Part shown: one piece after another, positions 1 to 7,462 of the stretch | How the letters are laid out: each line of letters starts with the position of its first letter | How positions within the stretch are numbered: position 1 is the first letter of the stretch | Assembly (NCBI GenBank): GCA_002292285.1 | Contig: DBBP01000026.1 | Coordinates: 30,209 to 94,208 of the forward strand | DNA: 64,000 nucleotides | Source of the DNA: Proteobacteria bacterium UBA981 | GTDB lineage: Bacteria > Pseudomonadota > Gammaproteobacteria > Ga0077536 | Reading direction: 5' to 3' | Position numbers and translations under genes: made by a program | The notes under the pieces: model-generated | The model's database searches: none | Told to the model about the DNA's origin: nothing | Seen by the model: the letters and a program-made list of their open reading frames with translations, nothing else

Positions 1-351
1 GCCGCTGTCATGAGTTGCTTCGACATAGCGTTGATTCCGACGGCAGACGGCGAGTATCGCTCTATTGGGCGCTCACCGTTGAAGCTGCGCGAGTATGCTG
101 CGGCTGGCCGGGTCGTGTTGGCGGCAAGAATTCCGGCGATTGAGGACCTCGAATCTGAAGCGTGGATGCATCTGTTCGATGCCGAGAATCCGAGTAATTT
201 TGTCTCTGCGATAGACGCGCTCGCAGCGCGGCGCGACACATTCTCGGACTTGGGCCAATGTGCACGAAGGTTCGCCGAAGACAATTATGCGTGGCCAATT
301 ATCATCCGAAAGATTGTCCATCAAATAGAGTCGGCAACAGGCGCTACCTAG
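1..351 (+). CDS. Glycosyltransferase family 1 (GT4-like), C-terminal fragment; the 5' end lies outside the window
   Basis: Open frame from nt 1 with no upstream stop. The C-terminal GT-B motif ...LKLREYAAAGRVVLAA... (E-x7-E-like) is typical of group-1 glycosyltransferases. Confidence 0.6.
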   Translation, partial: AAVMSCFDIALIPTADGEYRSIGRSPLKLREYAAAGRVVLAARIPAIEDLESEAWMHLFDAENPSNFVSAIDALAARRDTFSDLGQCARRFAEDNYAWPIIIRKIVHQIESATGAT

Positions 352-405
352 CGCGACCAATTTATCGTCGCCTCAAGCCGGCGATACGCGGAGAACGAAA
401 GAACG

Positions 406-1032
406 ATGACGGATTCGAATTTTGTAGCCGGTAACAGCACGCACATTGATCCCGGCTGTATTGTCGGCTTGAGTTACAAAGACAACGCACCCACGACTCG
501 TTTGGGCGACAATTGCTTCATTCGCGCGGGCTCAATCATTTACGCCGGCGTGGTCATCGGTGACCATGTGCAAACGGGTCACCATGTGATGATTCGCGAG
601 AATACGAAAATCGGTAACCACGTCGTGATCGGCACTAATTCGGTGTGCGACGGCAATACAACCATCGATGCGTTCGTGAAGATAGAGTCCAATTGCTACA
701 TCTCAACGCATTGCAGCATCGGAACGCGGGTATTTCTTGGCCCCGGTGTTGTCCTGACAAACGATCGCTACCCCCTAAAACTCCGCGACACCTACAAGCC
801 GGAAGGCGTCATTCTGGAAGACGGTGTGACCTTGGGTGCGGGTGTGGTCGTATGTCCGGGCGTGACCATCGGTGCCGATAGTTTTGTCGCGGCCGGCGCT
901 GTAGTGACGCGGGATATTCCGCCACGCAGCTTCGTGAAGGGCGTGCCAGGGCAGATTTCGGCATTGCCACCTGAACTCGCAGAACGCAACATGGCGTTGT
1001 CGTGGCGCGGGTTTCTCGACCCAGATTCCTAA
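406..1032 (+). CDS. wbpD: Hexapeptide-repeat (left-handed beta-helix) sugar N-acetyltransferase, WbpD/PglD-like
   Basis: 208 aa with repeated [LIV]-G-x-x-x-x hexapeptides (IGDHVQTGHHVMI, IGNHVVIGTNSV, LGAGVVVCPGVTIGADSFV). GGAGAA RBS sits 8 nt upstream. Context is the adjacent oxidoreductase/aminotransferase and 2-epimerase. Confidence 0.75.
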   Translation: MTDSNFVAGNSTHIDPGCIVGLSYKDNAPTTRLGDNCFIRAGSIIYAGVVIGDHVQTGHHVMIRENTKIGNHVVIGTNSVCDGNTTIDAFVKIESNCYISTHCSIGTRVFLGPGVVLTNDRYPLKLRDTYKPEGVILEDGVTLGAGVVVCPGVTIGADSFVAAGAVVTRDIPPRSFVKGVPGQISALPPELAERNMALSWRGFLDPDS

Positions 1033-3188
1033 GCGGCGAAGGCTCGGCAAGAAATTTTTTTACCAGTGCAGCGTTGGATTACAGAGTATTGAAAATCGGA
1101 CTCATCGGGTGCGGAAAACAAGCACCAAAACATATTTCCGGATTGGCCAAACAAGCTGATGTTGAACTCGTCGTTTGCGACATCAACGCCGAGCGAGCGC
1201 GTGCCGTCGGCGAGAAATTCTCACTCGCATGGACCGACGACGTAGCAGGATTGCTTGCCGATGGCGACATTACTGCCGTTGACATTGCAACCCCGACTAT
1301 GTCGCATGCGCCACTGGTTCTCCAGGCGATTGAGAATGGCAAACACTTCTTCTGCGAAAAGCCACTTTGCCAGAATCTCGATGAAGCGCGGCTGATTGCG
1401 GACACCTGCGCGAAGAAAGGCCTGATCGGCATGGTCGGATATGTTTATCGTTATGCGCCAGTATTCGAAACGGGTCACGCGTTGCTACATCCAGATACGA
1501 CACGAGATCATGTGCTGGGTGAGCCGGTCTCAGCGTGGTTCCGTATCGGCGGCCGCGGTGACCACGAATTGTGGAAGCACAAGAAAGAGTCGTCCGGTGG
1601 CGCAACTTCGGAAATGCTGGTCCATATGCTTGATTTGGCCATCTGGTACTTCGGGGCAGCAAAGTCGGCTCAATTGCTCGCCCACGAACTACGGCGTCCA
1701 ATCAGACACATCGCCGGCGCTGACGTTACCGTTGACGCCGAGGATTTCGTACTGGCGCGATTCGAGATGGAGAACGGCGGATCGGTGTTTATCCAGTCTG
1801 ACTTGCTGACGCCGGCGTTTTCTCAGCACGTAGAGATGCAGTTTGAACGCGGCACATTTTTGGGATCAATCCAGGCGGACTCGCCATCGTTTGTATTCGC
1901 GACCGCGAAATGTGACGACTACGAAGCCGGCAAAACACCGCTCGAGTTTGGACCGGTCAACCTGTTTGAACGCCAAATGGGCGCTTTTTGCGAGCACGTG
2001 CGCAGCGGCACGCCGCTGTCGCGGAATTCGGTCGAAGATTCTTTAAAAGTAATGGAAGCACTCGAAATGCTTCGACAACAATGGGGTGATGCGGTGATTG
2101 GGATATCAGATACGAGTCTGACCGAGAACGAAATCGAGGCAGCTATCAAGGTCCTGCGCTCGGGCATGCTGCGCCAGGGCAAGGAGAGCGATGCGTTCGA
2201 AGAGGAGTTCGCAGAGAAAGTCGGCGCCGCTCACGCGGTTACGTGTGCCAATGGCTCAGCGGCATTGCATCTGGCCTACCTTGCCGCACTTGAGCCGGGT
2301 GACGAGGTCCTGGTTCCTGCGTTTACCTTCATCGCTACCGGCAGCATGGCCTCGATCATGGGGGCGAAACCGATTTTTTGTGATGTTGACCCGAACACAT
2401 TTTTACTCGACCTCGATGACGCAAGATCGAAGATTACTGCAAAGACGAAAGGCATCGCGCCAGTCCACCTGTTTGGCAACCCGTGCGATATAGACGCCGT
2501 GCAACAATTTGCTGCGGATCACGGCCTGAAGATCTTCTGGGATGCTGCACAGAGTCATGGGGCGACTCATCAGCAACGTGACGTCGGTAGCTTCGACGAT
2601 TTCGTCTGTTATTCGTTTTACCCTTCCAAGAATATGTTTGTCGGCGAAGGCGGCATGGTGTGTACGAATAATGCCGAGTACGAGAACAAGCTGCGTTACT
2701 TACGCAGTCACGGCCAGACTGGCAAGTACCACCACACAAGCCTTGGGTTAAATTACCGACTGACTGATATGGAAGCGGCCATCGGTCGGGAGCAGCTAAA
2801 ACGACTGGACAGCATGCTGGCGAGTCGGCGGCGTAACGCGCAACGGATGTGCGCGGGGCTCGATGGCATCGATGGCATCACGGCACAAACAGTCACTGCC
2901 GGCGGTGACCATGCCTGGCATCAGTTCTGTGTGTTGGTGGATAAGCGCGAATTTGGCTGCGACCGCGACGCCTTGTCCGCGCATCTTAAAACTGAAGGGG
3001 TAATGAGTGGGATTCACTATCCTCGTGGCTTGCATCAGCAGCCCATTTTTGAAGAGCTTTACGGCAAAAGCCAGCTTCCGGTAACGGAAGATTTGTCCGA
3101 GCGGATTCTCGCCCTGCCTATTCACCATAGCCTGGTTGATGCAGATATTGACGGGGTCCTTGCGGCGATTGCCAAGATCGCGTCCTAG
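1002..3188 (+). CDS. Fused bifunctional enzyme: N-terminal Gfo/Idh/MocA NAD-dependent sugar-nucleotide 3-dehydrogenase (WbpB/WlbA-like) plus C-terminal DegT/DnrJ/EryC1 PLP aminotransferase (WbpE/WlbC-like)
   Basis: Single uninterrupted 728-aa ORF. Residues about 30-350 carry a Rossmann motif (KIGLIGCGKQA) and Gfo/Idh/MocA features. Residues about 360-728 carry DegT motifs (GKESDAFEEEFAEKVGAAHAVTCANGSAALHLA, PLP-lysine region SFYPSKNMFVGEGG). The ATG at 1002 overlaps the upstream gene by 31 nt; an in-frame TTG at 1089 (L-KIGLIGCG) is an alternative start. Confidence 0.8.
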   Translation: MARVSRPRFLSGEGSARNFFTSAALDYRVLKIGLIGCGKQAPKHISGLAKQADVELVVCDINAERARAVGEKFSLAWTDDVAGLLADGDITAVDIATPTMSHAPLVLQAIENGKHFFCEKPLCQNLDEARLIADTCAKKGLIGMVGYVYRYAPVFETGHALLHPDTTRDHVLGEPVSAWFRIGGRGDHELWKHKKESSGGATSEMLVHMLDLAIWYFGAAKSAQLLAHELRRPIRHIAGADVTVDAEDFVLARFEMENGGSVFIQSDLLTPAFSQHVEMQFERGTFLGSIQADSPSFVFATAKCDDYEAGKTPLEFGPVNLFERQMGAFCEHVRSGTPLSRNSVEDSLKVMEALEMLRQQWGDAVIGISDTSLTENEIEAAIKVLRSGMLRQGKESDAFEEEFAEKVGAAHAVTCANGSAALHLAYLAALEPGDEVLVPAFTFIATGSMASIMGAKPIFCDVDPNTFLLDLDDARSKITAKTKGIAPVHLFGNPCDIDAVQQFAADHGLKIFWDAAQSHGATHQQRDVGSFDDFVCYSFYPSKNMFVGEGGMVCTNNAEYENKLRYLRSHGQTGKYHHTSLGLNYRLTDMEAAIGREQLKRLDSMLASRRRNAQRMCAGLDGIDGITAQTVTAGGDHAWHQFCVLVDKREFGCDRDALSAHLKTEGVMSGIHYPRGLHQQPIFEELYGKSQLPVTEDLSERILALPIHHSLVDADIDGVLAAIAKIAS

Positions 3189-3195
3189 GCGAACA

Positions 3196-3233
3196 CTTCG
3201 GGCGGTGATGCCGGCTTGTTGCAGCGCCCGAAG
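3196..3233. terminator. Inverted repeat (9-bp arms CTTCGGGCG / CGCCCGAAG, 20-nt loop) between convergent genes; possible weak terminator
   Basis: Perfect 9-bp inverted repeat seen directly. The loop is long and the downstream T-tract is weak. Confidence 0.25.
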
Positions 3234-4565
3234 TTATCCGCGTTTTCGGTTGTCGCAGATGCGAGCAAGCGCTGCGCAATAGTCGAGGCTTTCGGTCTCC
3301 CAACACAGGGCATCGGCGGCGCGGTCAAGACGCTCTCTCAGCGCAGGCTGGCCGGTCCGTTCGAGCAAAGACCGAATCGCGCTGGCAATCTCGTTCGGTT
3401 TCTGGGGATCGAAGACTTCGCCGATGCCGAACCCCGCGACGATGGCCTGCATATCCGGCGAGGCAGACACGGCTACGGGTAAGCGGGCCATAATCATTTC
3501 GAAAAAACGATTGGGTAGCGAGTAGAAATTATTCATGCTCGTATTGAGGAAAGGGATAACGCCGACATCGGCGCCGGCGATATAACGGATCAGCTCGTCA
3601 GGCGGGACCGGCGACAGAAAATGGAGCCGCTCCGATAGACCGAGTCCGCGGCCTAAATCCAGCATTGCCTGTTGATACCCTGGAACGTTGCTGGACCCGA
3701 GAATCACGGCGTGGATTTCCTGACCAAGCATCGATAACGCCTGAATAAATTCCTCGACGCCTCGTCCGGGCAGGAATGAACTCATATACAGTACAACGCG
3801 ATCTGTATCCGCCAGTTTGGCGCTCCCGCGTAAACTCGACTCTGAAAATCTTTGTTCGTGCCAGCGGCAATTGCGCACGACAACTGGCGTGGCTATCGCA
3901 TATCGCTTAACCATCCATTGCTGCATCGACGGACCAATCGAGAAACTCAAATCAGCGCGGCGGATAATGCGTGCCTCGGCTGCGGACTCGAAACGTCGCA
4001 GCGTTCGCTGCAGGGGGGTGTTGTGGAAAGTAGACCGGTCATCAACAAACTCAACGGCGTCATACACAAGCAGCGCATTGGATATTCTGGAGAGACTTCT
4101 GGCGCCCCGCAGAGCGGGGGCATCGTGGGCCTGAATCACCTCGAATCGGTGTTGCGCGAGTGCTCGCGTGCTCGCGCGAGCGAAGAGCATGCTGTTAATT
4201 GTGTGACCAAAAGGCAAAACGATAAATCGGGCGGCGCGCACGATGGCGCTGGATATCGATGCCAGCAGACGAGGGCTATTGTCCTTCGAAGGCGCGGCGA
4301 CGAATGCAGCTGATTCGGACTCAGTGGGCGACGGCCGTTTTCGGCGTAGCAGTCGCTCGAGGCGCCGCAGTGGGCGAGGCAGCGTGACCTGCACATACTC
4401 GATGTCCTCAAGACCACGTGAATCCGGACGTTCCAGGGCCGCGATTGTTACCCGCCATCCTGACGCTTGCAGGCTCAAGGCTTGCCGAGACACGCGGGTG
4501 TTCCAGCGAAGATTTTTGGCCGCCAGCAGACAGATTCGTTGGTGGGTTTTAGGAGTCGATTTCAT
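3234..4565 (-). CDS. Glycosyltransferase family 1 (GT4-type, GT-B fold)
   Basis: 443 aa. C-terminal domain has the typical GT1 pattern (...VILGSSNVPGYQQAML..., ...ADVGVIPFLNTSMNNFYSLPNRFFEMIMARLPVAVS...). Confidence 0.8.
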   Translation of the reverse strand: MKSTPKTHQRICLLAAKNLRWNTRVSRQALSLQASGWRVTIAALERPDSRGLEDIEYVQVTLPRPLRRLERLLRRKRPSPTESESAAFVAAPSKDNSPRLLASISSAIVRAARFIVLPFGHTINSMLFARASTRALAQHRFEVIQAHDAPALRGARSLSRISNALLVYDAVEFVDDRSTFHNTPLQRTLRRFESAAEARIIRRADLSFSIGPSMQQWMVKRYAIATPVVVRNCRWHEQRFSESSLRGSAKLADTDRVVLYMSSFLPGRGVEEFIQALSMLGQEIHAVILGSSNVPGYQQAMLDLGRGLGLSERLHFLSPVPPDELIRYIAGADVGVIPFLNTSMNNFYSLPNRFFEMIMARLPVAVSASPDMQAIVAGFGIGEVFDPQKPNEIASAIRSLLERTGQPALRERLDRAADALCWETESLDYCAALARICDNRKRG

Positions 4566-4780
4566 TCACTGGGAATTGGTGCCGCTGCACTGGCCAGCGT
4601 CCGCTACGCGGCAATGGTGGGATAACATGGCGGCCATTCTAACGCTAGAATATGGCCTCCGCAGGTACCTGATTACGGCTGTGCCCGCGGGCACTGTATC
4701 GAAACGCAACGGCTATTCGTACCCGATGCCATTTTGCATCGTCGAGGCAAATCAACATGCCCAGCGACCTTTAGATTTCG

Positions 4781-6160
4781 ATGACAGCTGACCAACCCAG
4801 CCCCTTGCGCGTATTGATGGCGCCGCAAAATTTCGCCGATCAGCCGATGGCGCTGGTCCGCGCATTACGCAAGAAGGGATTCGATGCCCATCAGATCCAT
4901 TACACGGCACATGGGGTTCATCCACTCGGTTACGCGCTCGATCGTGCCATCGAGATTGAGGATCTGGATATCAGGAAACAACTTGAGGTGCTGGAGCAGT
5001 GCCTGGAGGAAGGTTTCGATATTTACCATTTCTGGCAGCGTTCGTTACTCCATGACCGACCGCTACGTGGGTTGACCGGGCTGGACCTGCCGTTGATTAA
5101 GGCGCGCGACGCGAGCATATTTCACCGCTTCACAGGCGCAGACTTGCGCATGTCGGAGAAGGACCGCAGCTTTAACAAATTCAGCCCTTACCATTACGGA
5201 TACACGAATCCGTTCGACGAGAAAAGACAAGCAGCCTATCTCGACTTCCTTAAGGACTACGTTGAGACGTTTTTCGTACAGGACCCCGAGATGGCTCAAT
5301 TCTTCCCGGACGCCAGAATTCTTCCACGTGGCCTTGAACTGGACAATTGGCAGCCGATCGGAATCCAAGCATCCGAGCGCCCTTTAATCGTACACGCGCC
5401 CAGCAATCCGTTGGTCAAGGGGTCCCGATTTATCATGGAGGCTGTCGAGCAGCTTCAGCGCGAAAATCTCAGTTTTGAATTCAAACAACTTGACCGTGTG
5501 CCTCACGAGCAAGCGCGTGAGTGGTACGAGAAAGCAGACATCATCGTCGACCAGATTCTCATCGGGGCTACTGGCGTTTTAACACTCGAAGCCTGGGCTC
5601 TCGCCAAGCCCTGTGTGACTTTTTTACGTGAAGACTTGTTCCAGTCGTTTTATCAGACGTCTGATCTGCCGGTTGCGAATGCGACACCAGACACAATCAC
5701 GACAGTATTGCGAAACTTGATAAAGGATTTCGAATGGCGTGAGGACCTCGCGCGACGAGGCCGTGAAACGGTGGAGAAGTTCCACAACATTAACGATATT
5801 GCCGACCAGTATGCTTCGATATGTGAGCAGGCGCGTATCGGTCGCACCCTATCGAAGCAGGACACCGCCGATGTGCGATTTTTACGGCAGGGAATTGCGT
5901 CTGGCATTGACGACAAACCCGCGCGTTTGAGTTTCGAATTGGGGATGGCGCGCCAGCATCCGAAATTGGCCGCTCTGGGTGGCAGATACTTCAGTCTGCA
6001 ACAACAGTTCTTCGCGGTGTTGTTGCGAATGCAGGTTCGATTGATTCGCACGGTCATTGTCGCCGCTATCTGGCTGGCAGGGCGCGTTAGAGCCGTATTG
6101 GGAAAGGATCGTACGCAGGCCGAGGCGGCGGGCACAGGCAGGAAAAACGACAATCAGTAG
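4781..6160 (+). CDS. GT-B-like putative glycosyltransferase of unassigned family (paralog A of 12482..13741)
   Basis: 459 aa. Shares blocks with the ORF at 12482..13741: VLMAPQNF/VLMAPKNY, YDIYHFW, LIKAR, RFTG.D.R, FVQDPE..QF.P.A...PR.L.L.W, VVHA.SN...KG.RFI..AV..LQ.E.L.F. The C-terminal half resembles a GT1 C-domain (ADIIVDQILIGATGVLTLEAWALAKPCV). Confidence 0.6.
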   Translation: MTADQPSPLRVLMAPQNFADQPMALVRALRKKGFDAHQIHYTAHGVHPLGYALDRAIEIEDLDIRKQLEVLEQCLEEGFDIYHFWQRSLLHDRPLRGLTGLDLPLIKARDASIFHRFTGADLRMSEKDRSFNKFSPYHYGYTNPFDEKRQAAYLDFLKDYVETFFVQDPEMAQFFPDARILPRGLELDNWQPIGIQASERPLIVHAPSNPLVKGSRFIMEAVEQLQRENLSFEFKQLDRVPHEQAREWYEKADIIVDQILIGATGVLTLEAWALAKPCVTFLREDLFQSFYQTSDLPVANATPDTITTVLRNLIKDFEWREDLARRGRETVEKFHNINDIADQYASICEQARIGRTLSKQDTADVRFLRQGIASGIDDKPARLSFELGMARQHPKLAALGGRYFSLQQQFFAVLLRMQVRLIRTVIVAAIWLAGRVRAVLGKDRTQAEAAGTGRKNDNQ

Positions 6161-6264
6161 GCTTGGTTCCTGGTCACCTATCATGATGTTTCGGGCACAG
6201 TCGCGCACAGTGACGTTGTTATGACCGTGGTCGTGAGCAAAATACTAACTAGCGCAGCGCATCT

Positions 6265-7428
6265 ATGAGCACCACAAATCCGAACGAAACACCGCACGAC
6301 AAAGATGGGCTGTATCGGCCAGATCTCAACCCGTGTATCGCAGTGATCGTTGGGACGCGCCCCGGCATCGTGATGCTCGGTCCGGTAATCAAGGAGTTGG
6401 AGCGACGCGCTATCGACCATTTCGTGATTCACACCGGGCAGCACTATTCCCCGAACATGGATGCACAGTTTTTCGCCGATATCGCGTTAAGCGCACCGCA
6501 GTATCGGATTGATGGCACCGCCGCGCACACCACGCACGGTGCGCAGACTGCGCATATGCTGAGTGGAATTGAGGACATTTTGCTGCAAGCCCGGCCGCGC
6601 ATGGTATTGGTCGGCGGAGATGCGAACAGCAATCTGGCCGGCGCCCTGGCCGCGCGTAAACTGGGCATGACTCTGGGGCACGTTGAAGCCGGCGAACGGA
6701 GCTTCGACTGGTCTATGCCCGAAGAGCACAACCGCCGAATGATTGACCACATTTCGGACTACCTTTTCGTGACCGGCGAGAATGCCGTCGGCAACCTTGA
6801 GCGTGAGGGCGTTCAGGGCGCTATTGTCCGGAGCGGTAATCCGATCGTCGACGCCTCTCGCGAGTTTTCCCGACTGGCGCTGGCCAGACCGAACATTGAA
6901 GAACATTTAGGGGTCGCGGACCGTCGCTACGCGATACTGACGATGCATCGTCAGGAGAACGTGGATAACCCGGAGCGGTTACAGGGCGCTCTGCAGGGCG
7001 TATCGGACGCTGCGGTAGCGCTCGGGATACCGACGCTTTTTTTCGTGCATCCGCGAACGCAAAAGCGCCTCGAGGAGTTTAGTTTGCTCGACTGGCTGCA
7101 CGATTGTCCGGGCATTGAATTGAGAGAACCGGCCGGCTATCTGGATTTTCTTGCCTATGTGGCGCGATCTGCTCTCATATTCACGGATTCCGGCGGCGTC
7201 CAGCAAGAAGCGTGCATCCATGGAATTAATTGCGTTACTTTGCGCGATAACACGGAGTGGGTGGAAACAATTGATATCGGGGCTAACCGCCTGGCCGGAT
7301 GTGAACCGATGGCGATCGTCGATGCGGCAAAGGATGCCAGTGCCACGACCTGCAAATGGGAGGTTCCGTTCGGAGACGGGCACGCGGCAGCACGCATTGT
7401 CGATTGCGCCGTCGAAGTTCTTAAGTAG
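6265..7428 (+). CDS. wbpI: UDP-N-acetylglucosamine (or UDP-diNAc-uronate) 2-epimerase, WecB/WbpI family
   Basis: 387 aa. N-terminal VIVGTRPGIVMLGPVI (GTRPE-like motif), HVEAGERSFD (HVEAG.RS motif), and GG...NSNLAGALAA as in non-hydrolysing 2-epimerases. Confidence 0.85.
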   Translation: MSTTNPNETPHDKDGLYRPDLNPCIAVIVGTRPGIVMLGPVIKELERRAIDHFVIHTGQHYSPNMDAQFFADIALSAPQYRIDGTAAHTTHGAQTAHMLSGIEDILLQARPRMVLVGGDANSNLAGALAARKLGMTLGHVEAGERSFDWSMPEEHNRRMIDHISDYLFVTGENAVGNLEREGVQGAIVRSGNPIVDASREFSRLALARPNIEEHLGVADRRYAILTMHRQENVDNPERLQGALQGVSDAAVALGIPTLFFVHPRTQKRLEEFSLLDWLHDCPGIELREPAGYLDFLAYVARSALIFTDSGGVQQEACIHGINCVTLRDNTEWVETIDIGANRLAGCEPMAIVDAAKDASATTCKWEVPFGDGHAAARIVDCAVEVLK

Positions 7429-7462
7429 CCGGGCAGGCGGAGTTTCCCCGTATGGCAGCGCC

